Shown here in pieces: positions 30,082-40,207 of a DNA stretch of 46,959 nt. The stretch's first letter is position 1. Each line of letters starts with the position of its first letter. Location of the stretch: positions 1 through 46,959 of the forward strand of contig JAGMDW010000132.1 in the NCBI GenBank assembly GCA_023128455.1. The letters are read 5' to 3'. Source of the stretch: Desulfurellaceae bacterium (GTDB taxonomy: Bacteria; Campylobacterota_A; Desulfurellia; JAGGSF01). A model generated the notes under the pieces. It was not told the DNA's origin. It ran no database searches and saw nothing but the letters and a program-made list of their open reading frames with translations. Both the position numbers and the translations under genes were made by a program.

Positions 30082-30463
30082 AGGAAGCATTGTCTTGGAA
30101 GATAATTCAAGCCAACTTTATGAATTTTCTATAGCAAAAGATAAAGCTTGCATTCTCTCCCTTGTTCTCTTGGGCGTTTATGCTCCGGAAAACAGCTTCT
30201 ATAAGTTGTTAGATAATCTATTTACCAGGGTAAACCTATCGGTAAATGCCGTAATAATAGCCGATACGCGGATAGAGGATAGTCTTGCTCAAATAGAAAT
30301 TGTTGGCAAAAGTTTTTGTGAACGATATTGGTTGAATTTTCCCGATGCGTTGATCATGAGTGCCCTGTATAATGCCCCTATATATAGCAAAAAGGAGTTG
30401 AAAGGAGTATATATAGAAAAAAACTGGATGCATTTTGCTGAGGAGATGCTGCACATTTTATGA
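30038..30463 (+). CDS. Divergent bifunctional-nuclease-family (DUF151/BFN-like) protein; tentative
   Basis: 141 aa. GGAGGA 5 nt before the ATG, inside the miaB 3' end. Its order of elements resembles BFN proteins (short beta N-terminus, ...FSIAKDKA..L...L.., ..V.I.D....SLAQIEI.., ..PDALIMSALYNAPIY). The similarity is judged by eye only. Confidence 0.5.
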   Translation: MVSLKIKDVDFYGDKGSIVLEDNSSQLYEFSIAKDKACILSLVLLGVYAPENSFYKLLDNLFTRVNLSVNAVIIADTRIEDSLAQIEIVGKSFCERYWLNFPDALIMSALYNAPIYSKKELKGVYIEKNWMHFAEEMLHIL

Positions 30464-31476
30464 ATATCAGAGAAAAATTAGAGAAGGAAGAGGAAAACAC
30501 ACTTCACAAGAATGCTGCATTTTCTTGTTCTACTAAGGGAAGAAAAAGAAAAGAAACATTGGATGATGTAAGAACAGAGTTTATGAGAGATAGGGATCGT
30601 ATCATCCATTGCAAGGCTTTTCGCAGATTACAGCATAAAACACAGGTTTTTCTCTCTCCTACCAGTGATCACTACCGCACACGCCTAACACACACGCTGG
30701 AGGTTGCTCAAATTGCTAGAACAATTAGTAAAGCATTGTTTTTAAATGAAACGCTTACCGAAGCCATAGCATTAGGACATGATTTGGGACACACTCCGTT
30801 TGGTCACGCCGGCGAAACAGCGTTAAATAAAATAAGTAAAAATGGCTTTAAACACGAAATACAGAGCCTGAGAATAGCAGACATTATAGCAAAGGAGGGC
30901 AATGGATTAAACCTCACCGAAGAGGTAAGAGATGGAATATTAAAGCATTCGAAAGGAAGAGGTAGTATAGTGACTAAAGATATGCCGTACACATTAGAGG
31001 GCCAAATCGTGAGGATTTCAGACTGTATTGCCTATGTGAATCACGATATTGACGATGCCATTCGTGCAGGCATTATTGAAAACAATGACTTACCCAAGCC
31101 GATAACAAATATTTTGGGAAACAGTCATTCAAAAAGAATTGCTACTTTGGTTAAAAGTGTAATCAAAGCAACAGTGGACAATAATTATCACCATATAGAT
31201 ATGGAAAATGAAGTTTTGGAGGCATTGGAAGATTTGAGGAATTTCTTATTTGAAAATGTTTACTTTAACGAAAAAGTATTAAGTGTAGCAAAAAAGGCAG
31301 AAAAGATAATAGAAGAACTCTTTTATTATTTCTTAGAACACGCAGAACAGGTAAAAAAACAGTTTACAAAAGATAGAGAAACAGTAGTTATAGATTATAT
31401 ATCGGGCATGACGGATAGGTTTGCCCTTGAAACCTATAAAGACATATTTTTACCCAAACCGTGGGGGAATAAATGA
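30460..31476 (+). CDS. dGTPase-like HD-domain triphosphohydrolase (short Dgt-like form)
   Basis: 338 aa with FRRLQHKTQVF...RLTHTLEVAQIAR...GHDLGHTPFGHAGE...DRF. Confidence 0.88.
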   Translation: MNIREKLEKEEENTLHKNAAFSCSTKGRKRKETLDDVRTEFMRDRDRIIHCKAFRRLQHKTQVFLSPTSDHYRTRLTHTLEVAQIARTISKALFLNETLTEAIALGHDLGHTPFGHAGETALNKISKNGFKHEIQSLRIADIIAKEGNGLNLTEEVRDGILKHSKGRGSIVTKDMPYTLEGQIVRISDCIAYVNHDIDDAIRAGIIENNDLPKPITNILGNSHSKRIATLVKSVIKATVDNNYHHIDMENEVLEALEDLRNFLFENVYFNEKVLSVAKKAEKIIEELFYYFLEHAEQVKKQFTKDRETVVIDYISGMTDRFALETYKDIFLPKPWGNK

Positions 31477-32768
31477 AAGAGATAGAAGAGGCAAAAGAGA
31501 TTTTATCTAACTTTAAGGAATTTGAAATATACGGGGAAGAAGAACAGGAGATAAGTTATGACTTAAAGGAAAACGAACTCAGCTTATTGAAGAAAAGAGA
31601 AAAGGGATTAGCCTTTAGAGTTATTGAAGGAGGACATAAAATAGATTTTTGCATAGCCTGTTTTCCTAACTGGCAAAATAAATTGAAGGACATAACTTAT
31701 AATCTAAAAAACTGGAGCGAGTTGGTAAAAAAAGAAGATATATCTTTGCCTGAAGCAAGATTTAGCTATAGGTCTAAAGAAAGAAGGGAACTAATAGACG
31801 AAAGTGCCTTACTTGATAAAGTAAGACATATAAAAGATACAGCTCAAACTATAGATAAAAGAGTAAGGGTAAAACAGGTAAGTTCTTCTATGGTGAAAAA
31901 ATGTATCTCTATTTGGAGCAATAAAGGCATAGATTGTACGGATGAACATGTTCTCTACGCCGCTTGTGGAATGGCTTTAGCCGTAGATAAAGATGCTCAG
32001 ATAGGCTTCTGTGCAAAAGATGGAAGCATATTTAATGCAATAGATGCAGAAGAAATCGGTAGAAAGATGGCATCTCGGGCTATAGAAAAATTGGGTGCAA
32101 AAACATTAGAAAAAGGTACATACAACATCGTTCTTTCATCACGAGTAATGAGACAATTTCTATCCTTCTTTTCTTCTGCCTTTGAAGGAGATTCAGTTTT
32201 AAAACACGCAACGATATTGGAGGATAGAATTGGAACCAAGATTGTTTCAGCCCTCATAAACATAATAGACGACGGAACGATGGAAAGTGGAGTGGGTACA
32301 TCCCTATGCGATTGCGAAGGCATTCCTACCAAAAAAACAAAATTAGTGGAAAATGGTATTTTAAAAAATTTTCTCCATAATTCATTTACCAGTAAGGAGT
32401 TAAATTATGAAAATACGGCTAATGCCTTTCGTGAAAATTATAGACAAACCCTAAAAATCACTCCCACGAACATCTATATAGAAAATGGAGCAGAAAAAAA
32501 CATACTTCTTTTAATGAACAACGGACTGTATATCACAGAGCTTTTGGGATTACATACTGCAAATCAAATAACAGGTGATTTTTCCGTAGGTATATCAGGT
32601 CAAAAAATAAAAAATGGGAGGAAATACGAACCATTTAGGGGAGCCACTATGGCAGGTAATATTCTTACACTTTTAAGCAAGGTTTTTGCCATTTCTGAAA
32701 GGATAGAATTTCTTTCCGCTGTAGGAGCACCAGATATAGGCATAGAAGATATGTCTGTTGGAGGATAA
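31473..32768 (+). CDS. TldD/PmbA-family metalloprotease
   Basis: 431 aa. C-terminal region LYITELLGLHTANQITGDFS...G and GAPDIGIEDMSVGG, typical of the family. Confidence 0.85.
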   Translation: MKEIEEAKEILSNFKEFEIYGEEEQEISYDLKENELSLLKKREKGLAFRVIEGGHKIDFCIACFPNWQNKLKDITYNLKNWSELVKKEDISLPEARFSYRSKERRELIDESALLDKVRHIKDTAQTIDKRVRVKQVSSSMVKKCISIWSNKGIDCTDEHVLYAACGMALAVDKDAQIGFCAKDGSIFNAIDAEEIGRKMASRAIEKLGAKTLEKGTYNIVLSSRVMRQFLSFFSSAFEGDSVLKHATILEDRIGTKIVSALINIIDDGTMESGVGTSLCDCEGIPTKKTKLVENGILKNFLHNSFTSKELNYENTANAFRENYRQTLKITPTNIYIENGAEKNILLLMNNGLYITELLGLHTANQITGDFSVGISGQKIKNGRKYEPFRGATMAGNILTLLSKVFAISERIEFLSAVGAPDIGIEDMSVGG

Positions 32769-34295
32769 ATGAAACCAGAGATTATCATTCTTGATTTTGG
32801 TTCTCAATATACTCAACTTATTGCGAGAAAAATGAGGGAAAAAGGTATTTACACAGAAATCTATCCATTTGATGTACAGACAGAAAAACTTAAATGTGCA
32901 AAGGGGATTATTCTTTCTGGAAGTCCTATGAGCGTGTGGGAAAAAGATGCGCCCATTCCCTCGTTGGATATTTTCAAACTACCTGCCCCCATTTTGGGTA
33001 TTTGTTATGGGATGCAGTTATTCGTCCATTTATTTGGAGGAAAGGTGTCAAGCAGCCTAAAAGGAGAATATGGCCCCAGTAACCTACATATAGAGAAAAA
33101 TGAGGAGATATTTGAGGGAATTGAGGACAAATCCTTAGTCTGGATGAGTCATGGTGATAAAATAGATAAGCTTCCGCCTCAATTTGTTCGTATCGCTCAC
33201 ACAGACAATTCACCCTTTGCTGCCATCAGAGATAAAGAAAAGAAAATATGGTTGCTGCAATTTCACCCTGAGGTCTATCACACTCAATACGGAGAAAAGA
33301 TGCTCGAAAATTTTGCTTATAGGGTATGTCATGTTTCCGGGGGATGGACGATAGAGCATTTCATATCTTCAAAAATAGAATATATAAGAGGAAAAGTAGG
33401 CAAAAGTAATGTTCTATGTGCACTCTCGGGCGGAGTAGATTCTTCTGTTTTAGTTTGTCTTTTACACAAAGCAGTTGGGAAAAATGTGATTCCTGTTTTT
33501 ATAAATAACGGTTTATTGAGAAAAAATGAAGAAACAGAAGTAAGGAATGCGCTCAAAAAAATGGGAATAGATATTCATTATGTGGATGCCTCTCGTTCTT
33601 TCTTACGGAGATTGAAGGGCATTGAAGATCCAGAAAAAAAGAGAATGATTATTGGAGAAGAATTCATCAATGTCTTCTATGAAGTAGCTAAAATGTATAA
33701 GAATGTGGGTTTTTTGGCACAGGGCACATTATATCCTGATGTAATTGAAAGCAGGCAGGTAAAAGGACCATCGGCAAGGATAAAAACGCATCATAATGTG
33801 GGTGGTTTGCCAAGCAACTTGAAATTCAAACTTGTAGAACCACTGAGAGAACTATTTAAAGATGAAGTGAGAAAGATAGGAAAGATTTTGGGACTGCCGG
33901 AAAACTATGTTAAAAGGCAACCTTTCCCAGGACCGGGTTTGGCGATAAGGATTATTGGAGAGGTAACAAAGGAAAAACTGGATATACTGAGAAATGGCGA
34001 TGATATTATCACCAGTGAGATAAGAAAAGCTGGATTTTATGATAGATTATGGCAGTCTTTTGCTATATTCTTACCTATATGTACGGTAGGAGTGATGGGT
34101 GATAAGAGAACATACGATTATACAATAGCCATAAGGGCGGTGGAGAGTAAAGACGGTATGACAGCTGATTGGGCAAAACTTCCCTATGAACTTTTGAGCA
34201 AAATATCCACTAGAATAATAAATGAGGTAACTGGCGTAAACAGAGTGGTCTATGATATATCCAGCAAACCGCCAGCAACAATAGAGTGGGAGTAA
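32769..34295 (+). CDS. guaA: GMP synthase (glutamine-hydrolysing)
   Basis: 508 aa. GATase [11 protein letters not shown]-loop LSGGVDSSV, and the C-terminal ...PPATIEWE. Confidence 0.97.
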   Translation: MKPEIIILDFGSQYTQLIARKMREKGIYTEIYPFDVQTEKLKCAKGIILSGSPMSVWEKDAPIPSLDIFKLPAPILGICYGMQLFVHLFGGKVSSSLKGEYGPSNLHIEKNEEIFEGIEDKSLVWMSHGDKIDKLPPQFVRIAHTDNSPFAAIRDKEKKIWLLQFHPEVYHTQYGEKMLENFAYRVCHVSGGWTIEHFISSKIEYIRGKVGKSNVLCALSGGVDSSVLVCLLHKAVGKNVIPVFINNGLLRKNEETEVRNALKKMGIDIHYVDASRSFLRRLKGIEDPEKKRMIIGEEFINVFYEVAKMYKNVGFLAQGTLYPDVIESRQVKGPSARIKTHHNVGGLPSNLKFKLVEPLRELFKDEVRKIGKILGLPENYVKRQPFPGPGLAIRIIGEVTKEKLDILRNGDDIITSEIRKAGFYDRLWQSFAIFLPICTVGVMGDKRTYDYTIAIRAVESKDGMTADWAKLPYELLSKISTRIINEVTGVNRVVYDISSKPPATIEWE

Positions 34296-34304
34296 GGAGA
34301 ATGA

Positions 34305-35252
34305 GTGGATAGGCGCATTACATTGAAAAATACATCCTATATAACTTTTTTATTAGATAAAAACGAAGAAAAACTGAAGGACATCAATAGAATATTTGGT
34401 GTTGATGCAATTTTTAGAGGAGGAGATGTAGTTATCTCTGGAAATGCAGATGGCGTAAAAAAAGCGTCTGTCTTTTTTCAGGATATAGATAAAATGATCA
34501 ACGAAGGACATTATCTCTCAAAAAAGGATTTTGAAAATGTTTTAAAGACTGTGGATGTTTCAAAAAATGCCAGAGTAGAAGCTATTTTCGCCACTGAAAC
34601 GCTGCACAACAAAGCAAAGAAGCTTATACCAAAAACTGTGGCTCAACACAATTGCATAGAGGCTATCAAGAACAATACAATAACAGTATGCATTGGGCCA
34701 GCAGGAACGGGAAAAACCTACTTAAGTGTGGCGATGGCCTTGTTTTACCTTTTAAAGAAAAAGGTAAAAAGGCTTATCCTTACCAGACCGGCTGTAGAAG
34801 CAGGAGAAAAATTGGGTTTTCTGCCTGGCGATATGTATGAAAAGGTACATCCGTATATGAGACCTTTATATGATGCATTATACGATATTTTGGACATAGA
34901 TAGAGTGAGTAGATTATTAAATCAAGGAAGAATTGAAATTATTCCGTTAGCATATATGAGAGGAAGAACATTAAATGATGCGTTTATCATTCTCGATGAG
35001 GCACAGAATACATCGCCCACTCAGATGAAGATGTTTTTAACGAGACTGGGATTTAATTCAAAAGCAGTAATTACGGGTGATGTTACACAGATAGATTTAC
35101 CCACTACAGAAGAATCGGGGCTTATAGATGTAAGGGAAACATTGGCTTTTGTTGAGGACTTGAAGATTGTTTATTTTACTAAGGATGATGTAGTAAGAAA
35201 TCCCATAGTAACAAAAATTATTGAGGCCTATGAAAGAAAAGAAGCAAGGTAA
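34305..35252 (+). CDS. phoH: PhoH-like ATPase
   Basis: 315 aa. Walker A GPAGTGKTYLSVA. GTG start with AAGGAG 5 nt upstream. Begins the phoH / 7TM-HD / ybeY string. Confidence 0.92.
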   Translation: MDRRITLKNTSYITFLLDKNEEKLKDINRIFGVDAIFRGGDVVISGNADGVKKASVFFQDIDKMINEGHYLSKKDFENVLKTVDVSKNARVEAIFATETLHNKAKKLIPKTVAQHNCIEAIKNNTITVCIGPAGTGKTYLSVAMALFYLLKKKVKRLILTRPAVEAGEKLGFLPGDMYEKVHPYMRPLYDALYDILDIDRVSRLLNQGRIEIIPLAYMRGRTLNDAFIILDEAQNTSPTQMKMFLTRLGFNSKAVITGDVTQIDLPTTEESGLIDVRETLAFVEDLKIVYFTKDDVVRNPIVTKIIEAYERKEAR

Positions 35253-37476
35253 GGTAAGAAAAAAGATAAACAACTTTTTCAATATTATCTTAAAATATGT
35301 AACAAGCATATATGCTATGCTGGCCGTTATATTTGTGGTGACCAGCTTTCTGTTCTTCCCTTCCAGAGGTCTTATCTACAATTTACATGTAGGCGATGTT
35401 TCCCCACAAACGATTAGGGCAGAAGAAAATTTGCTTATTGAAGATAAGGCATCCACACAATTGCGTATAAATGAAGCAAAAAAAAATGTTACACTCATAT
35501 TTGATTTTAATCACTCCGTTTATTTGGAAGTAGTGCACAATGTAGAAAACTCATTTTCTATGGGCAGAAATGCTTTGCCAAAACTTACTACTAAACAAAA
35601 TAGAAAAAAATTTGAAACCACATTCTTTAAAACCATAGGTGTAGAAACTGATCATTCCATTTTTGAAAGATTGATTAGATTAAAATTCTCTCCTGAGATA
35701 GAGAGAGCAATAATCAATGCATGTATACAATTGAAAGATAAACCCATAGTATCTATGAAAAAAGGGGTTGGACTTATATCCGGGGTGATTACGGTAAAAG
35801 ATTTGCAGACAGGTGGACAGAAACAGACGAAAAGCTCCTCTATTGCAGATGTAGAAAAGGTAAAATTTGAAATCTATGAAAATATAATATCTTCAAAACA
35901 AAGCTACGCTCACCAGTTTTTGATATGGGACATCACAAAAAAGCTTATTCGTCCAAATTTGTTCTACAACAGTGCAGAGACCAAAAAAATGAAAGATGAA
36001 GCGGCAGCTAAAGTAGACAAAGCATTTATTCAGGTAAAAAAAGGACAGGTAATTGTTAGAGAAGGAAATATTATAACAGCTGCAGATTACGCAAAGCTCA
36101 CTGCAATGAACATGCTAAAGTATAAGCAAAATGTCATCTTTGATTATGCCAGAATCATTCTTCTTTTAGCTGCTTTCGGTTTCTCTTGTTATCTCATTAT
36201 GCAATATATGGGCAAAAAGTACCTAAAAAATGAGAATTATATAAAGTTGTTCTTAGCCACTTTTCTCTTAAATGTTGTAGTAGTCAAAGTTTACGAGTAT
36301 TTAGCCAGTAATATTTCATACACCAATGCGCTATTGTCCAAGATTTCTATTTTATATGCCACCCCTTTTGCGTGTGGAGCAGTGCTTGTAGCATTAACGA
36401 TAAGTTTTGAGTTTTCTTTAATATTTGCCTTTCTGCTCTCTGCCTGTGCTTTTCTCCTTCCTGACAAAACAGTTAATATGCAAATTGCCCTCTATGTCTT
36501 CTTGGGAAGTGCAGGTGGTTCTCTTTGTATTTCAAAACGCAAAGAACGAATAGGAATTATAAAAACAGGAATGAATATTTCACTAATAAGCACTGCATTA
36601 ATATTACTTTTTTCCATGCATGAAGGTTTCTTCTCTGCTCATACATTAATTTCCTGCGCCTTCGGCATTGTTTCCGGTATTACGGTTATTCTGATAGTTT
36701 CTGGTATTTTACCCATATACGAATGGCTTTTCGGTATCTCTACAAACATAAAACTGATGGAATTGGGAAATTTGAACCATACCTTATTGAGAGAATTAGC
36801 TTTAAAAGCCCCAGGCACATATCAGCACAGTATTGCTATGAGTAGTTTAGCAGAAGCGGCAGCTCAAGCGATAGACGCTGACTCCATTTTAGCTAAGGTT
36901 GGTGCTTACTATCATGATATAGGCAAAATGTCCAAACCCTTATACTTCGTAGAAAATCAGGTGGGTGGTGTAAATAAGCATGATAAACTTTCTCCTCCAA
37001 TGAGTGCATTGATACTTATAGATCATGTAAAAGAGGGAATACTTTTGGCGAATAAATACAGATTGGGCAGAAGAATAAAAGATATTATTCAACAGCATCA
37101 CGGAACGACACTCATTAAGTATTTTTATAGTAAAGCAAAAGAAAAGAAAATGGATGTAAAGGAAGAAGAATTTAGATACAAGGGACCGAAACCACAAACG
37201 AGAGAAGTAGGTATTATGATGATTGCCGATCAGGTAGAGGCAATCTCTCGCACATTAAGCGATCCCAGTATCTCACATATTAGACAATTAGTAAAAAAGA
37301 CAACCACCGATATCTTTTTGGATGGACAATTAGATGAATGTGAGTTAACACTTGCAGACCTCGATAAGATTTCCAATGCATTTGTAAAGGTATTAAGCGG
37401 CATGTTTCATTATCGCATAGATTATCCGGAGATAGAAAGTGAAAACGGAAGTACAACAAAGCAAGAGAAGAATTAG
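35230..37476 (+). CDS. 7TM receptor with intracellular HDIG-type HD hydrolase domain (YqfF/PgpH family)
   Basis: About 750 aa: an extracytoplasmic N-terminal domain, 7 TM helices, then HSIAMSSLAE...YYHDIGK...QHHGT. The start is uncertain (TTG at 35221 or ATG at 35230). Confidence 0.88.
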   Translation: MKEKKQGKVRKKINNFFNIILKYVTSIYAMLAVIFVVTSFLFFPSRGLIYNLHVGDVSPQTIRAEENLLIEDKASTQLRINEAKKNVTLIFDFNHSVYLEVVHNVENSFSMGRNALPKLTTKQNRKKFETTFFKTIGVETDHSIFERLIRLKFSPEIERAIINACIQLKDKPIVSMKKGVGLISGVITVKDLQTGGQKQTKSSSIADVEKVKFEIYENIISSKQSYAHQFLIWDITKKLIRPNLFYNSAETKKMKDEAAAKVDKAFIQVKKGQVIVREGNIITAADYAKLTAMNMLKYKQNVIFDYARIILLLAAFGFSCYLIMQYMGKKYLKNENYIKLFLATFLLNVVVVKVYEYLASNISYTNALLSKISILYATPFACGAVLVALTISFEFSLIFAFLLSACAFLLPDKTVNMQIALYVFLGSAGGSLCISKRKERIGIIKTGMNISLISTALILLFSMHEGFFSAHTLISCAFGIVSGITVILIVSGILPIYEWLFGISTNIKLMELGNLNHTLLRELALKAPGTYQHSIAMSSLAEAAAQAIDADSILAKVGAYYHDIGKMSKPLYFVENQVGGVNKHDKLSPPMSALILIDHVKEGILLANKYRLGRRIKDIIQQHHGTTLIKYFYSKAKEKKMDVKEEEFRYKGPKPQTREVGIMMIADQVEAISRTLSDPSISHIRQLVKKTTTDIFLDGQLDECELTLADLDKISNAFVKVLSGMFHYRIDYPEIESENGSTTKQEKN

Positions 37477-37876
37477 TAAAAAGTGGATAAAAAATATTAT
37501 GGGTTTTTTGGGCGAGCAGTTTGCATTGAAAGATGTAGAGGTAAGTATTCTTATAACAGATGATGAAAAAATGAAAATATTGAACAAAAAGTATAGAGGT
37601 ATAAATGAATCCACCGATGTTCTCTCTTTTTCACTGAGAGAAGGAGAAGATAATGTATTCTACAAATTATTAGGGGATATCGTGATCTCCTGGGACAGAG
37701 CAAAAAAGGATGCAAGAGAAATAAAAATACCATTAAAGGAAGAACTGGCCACTTTACTTATCCACGGTTTTTTGCATCTTATGGAGTATAAGGATGACAA
37801 CGAAGAAAATTTTTGTAAAATGAAAAAAAAACAGGAGGAACTCCTTCTTGTGTTAAAAGAGAAGAACTATGTTTAG
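37439..37876 (+). CDS. ybeY: Endoribonuclease YbeY (rRNA maturation)
   Basis: 145 aa with VLSF...[10 protein letters not shown] (H..H.....H zinc motif). GTG start with GGAG 7 nt upstream. Confidence 0.9.
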   Translation: MKTEVQQSKRRISKKWIKNIMGFLGEQFALKDVEVSILITDDEKMKILNKKYRGINESTDVLSFSLREGEDNVFYKLLGDIVISWDRAKKDAREIKIPLKEELATLLIHGFLHLMEYKDDNEENFCKMKKKQEELLLVLKEKNYV

Positions 37877-38603
37877 AGGCATAAGAGAAGACATTCACAC
37901 TGTATTTGAAAGAGACCCTGCGGCAAGAAATAGTTTTGAGATTTTTTTCTGCTATCCAGGGCTACATGCATTATGGGGACATCGGATTGCCCATTTTTTC
38001 TGGAAACATAAGCTGAGATTTATTGGAAGGTTTATTTCTCACATGAGCCGATTTTTCACGGGCATTGAAATTCATCCGGGAGCAAAAATAGGAAGAAGGT
38101 TTTTTATCGATCACGGAATGGGAGTAGTCATTGGCGAGACTACGGAAATTGGTGATGATGTAACACTCTATCAGGGAGTAACATTAGGCGGTGTAAGCCT
38201 AAAAAAGGTAAAGAGACATCCCACTCTAAAAAATAATGTGGTCGTGGGCGGAGGAGCAAAGGTCTTAGGTGCAATTACCATAGGGGAAAATAGTAGGGTA
38301 GGCTCAAGCAGTGTTGTAGTAGCTAATGTACCACCAAATTCCACTGTTGTAGGTATACCAGGAAGAGTAGTCAAGAAAAAGGAAAAGGTCGAAGGTGTAG
38401 ATTTAGAACACGCGAAAATTCCAGACATTGAAGGAAAGTTAATGCGCTACCTCCTGCATCGAGTGGAAAGAATAGAAAGAGAATTAAAGGCACTATCAAA
38501 AGGAGATAAAGAATCAATGGAAAAAGAAAGGCTAAAAGAAGCAGAAGAATTAAAAAAGATTGAGGAATATATTAAAAGCTTTGATATAAAAAGTTTAAAG
38601 TAA
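37869..38603 (+). CDS. cysE: Serine O-acetyltransferase with ~70-aa charged C-terminal tail
   Basis: 244 aa. [37 protein letters not shown] hexapeptide repeats, ...VVGIPGRVV, then a Lys/Glu-rich tail. Confidence 0.9.
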   Translation: MFRGIREDIHTVFERDPAARNSFEIFFCYPGLHALWGHRIAHFFWKHKLRFIGRFISHMSRFFTGIEIHPGAKIGRRFFIDHGMGVVIGETTEIGDDVTLYQGVTLGGVSLKKVKRHPTLKNNVVVGGGAKVLGAITIGENSRVGSSSVVVANVPPNSTVVGIPGRVVKKKEKVEGVDLEHAKIPDIEGKLMRYLLHRVERIERELKALSKGDKESMEKERLKEAEELKKIEEYIKSFDIKSLK

Positions 38604-38604
38604 A

Positions 38605-39228
38605 ATGCAAATACAAATTTATATTTTAGCCATCGTTATATTGATTTTTTCTATTGTTGTGCATGAGGTTATGCACGGATATATAGCCTATAGGTTAGGA
38701 GATAACACTGCAAAATTCATGGGCAGGTTAACACTTAATCCTATTCCGCACATAGATTTATTAGGTACAATTATTATCCCCTTGCTTCTCATTGTTTCCA
38801 GATCTCCCATTCTGTTTGGATGGGCAAAACCTGTTCCTGTAAATTTTAACAATCTACATAATCCCAAGAGAGACTCCGTATATGTAGCGCTGGCAGGTCC
38901 TGCTTCAAATTTTGTGTTAGCTATTATATTTACCATTTTTTATCATCTATTCTCTTTTTTCCCGCTATTGGCTACGGTTTTCTGGTACGGCGTTTACATA
39001 AATTTGATTTTAGGTATATTTAATCTCATTCCTATCCCACCGTTGGATGGAGGAAGAATAGCGGTAGGTCTTCTGCCATGGAAGTATTCCTGCATGTTAG
39101 AGAGACTTGAACCGTTTGGTTTATATATAATTATTGTCTTATTATTTTTGGGATTCTTTAATTTTACCGTTTTCCCACTGGTGGAATATCTATCAAGGCT
39201 TCTTATAGGAGGTAGTTTTTATGGATAG
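38605..39228 (+). CDS. Small site-2-protease-family (peptidase M50) membrane metalloprotease
   Basis: 207 aa and polytopic. HEVMHG zinc motif and NLIPIPPLDGGR. Confidence 0.85.
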   Translation: MQIQIYILAIVILIFSIVVHEVMHGYIAYRLGDNTAKFMGRLTLNPIPHIDLLGTIIIPLLLIVSRSPILFGWAKPVPVNFNNLHNPKRDSVYVALAGPASNFVLAIIFTIFYHLFSFFPLLATVFWYGVYINLILGIFNLIPIPPLDGGRIAVGLLPWKYSCMLERLEPFGLYIIIVLLFLGFFNFTVFPLVEYLSRLLIGGSFYG

Positions 39229-40204
39229 AGTCTTAAGTGGAATGAGACCTACGGGGAATTTACACTTAGGCAACCTGTATGGTGCACTGAATAATTGGAT
39301 AAAACTACAAAATGAGAATTATCAAACATTCTATTTTGTTGCAGATTTTCATGCCCTAACTACAGATTTTGCTCATTCTACTCATTTAAAAGAAGAAACA
39401 ATGAATATGGCCATTGATTGGTTTTCATTTGGTCTAAACCCTGAAAAAAGTACGATATTTGTACAATCAAAGATAAAGGAACATGCAGAATTATTCACCA
39501 TCTTTTCAATGATCACACCTGTCTCCTGGTTGGAAAGAAACCCCTCCTACAAAGATGTCGTATCTCAAATAGGAGAGAAAGCTGCAGGCAACTTTGGCTT
39601 TTTAGGCTACCCCGTTTTGATGACTGCAGATATTACCATGTATAAGGCAAGATATGTACCGGTGGGTTTTGATCAGCTACCACATCTGGAATTGGCAAGA
39701 GAAATTGTAAGAAGATTTAATTACTTGACAAAAAAAGATGTGTTTTTAGAGCCGCAAGCACTTCTCTCCACCGCTCCCAAGATATTGGGTATAGACGGCA
39801 GAAAAATGAGTAAATCTTATGGCAATGCCATCTATTTGAGTGATAATGAGGAAGAAACAAGGAAAAAGATAAAGGTCATGTTCACAGATCCTCAGCGTTT
39901 GAGAAAAAACGATGCAGGAAGACCTGATATGTGCGGAGTATTCTATCTACATCAGATCTTTAGCGATAAGCAAAAGATAAAAGAAATAGAAGAAGGATGC
40001 AAGAATGCTTCAATAGGATGTGTAGATTGTAAGAATATACTCATAAAAAACATCAATGAAAAATTGAGACCCTACAGAGAAAAAAGAGTAATATGGGAAA
40101 AGAGAAAAGAAGACATTCTTTCTATATTCGAGGAAGGAGCAAGAAAAGCACGTCAAGAATCGGAAAAAACAATGGAGGAAGTAAGAGAAGCGGTTTTCGG
40201 ATGA
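39221..40204 (+). CDS. trpS: Tryptophan--tRNA ligase (with C-x21-C-x6-C-x2-C motif)
   Basis: 327 aa. SGMRPTGNLHLGN (HIGH-type) and KMSKS. The four-Cys motif is encoded at 39932-40030. Confidence 0.95.
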   Translation: MDRVLSGMRPTGNLHLGNLYGALNNWIKLQNENYQTFYFVADFHALTTDFAHSTHLKEETMNMAIDWFSFGLNPEKSTIFVQSKIKEHAELFTIFSMITPVSWLERNPSYKDVVSQIGEKAAGNFGFLGYPVLMTADITMYKARYVPVGFDQLPHLELAREIVRRFNYLTKKDVFLEPQALLSTAPKILGIDGRKMSKSYGNAIYLSDNEEETRKKIKVMFTDPQRLRKNDAGRPDMCGVFYLHQIFSDKQKIKEIEEGCKNASIGCVDCKNILIKNINEKLRPYREKRVIWEKRKEDILSIFEEGARKARQESEKTMEEVREAVFG

Positions 40205-40207
40205 TTT

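Noticed and set aside
30460-31476. The dGTPase-like HD triphosphohydrolase as an anti-phage dNTP-depletion defence gene, possibly paired with the neighbouring nuclease-like ORF.
   Set aside because: This is the short, widely conserved Dgt-like form. It is embedded by overlapping start/stop junctions in a housekeeping string (miaB ... pmbA-guaA). No mobile elements, other defence genes or compositional break flank it.
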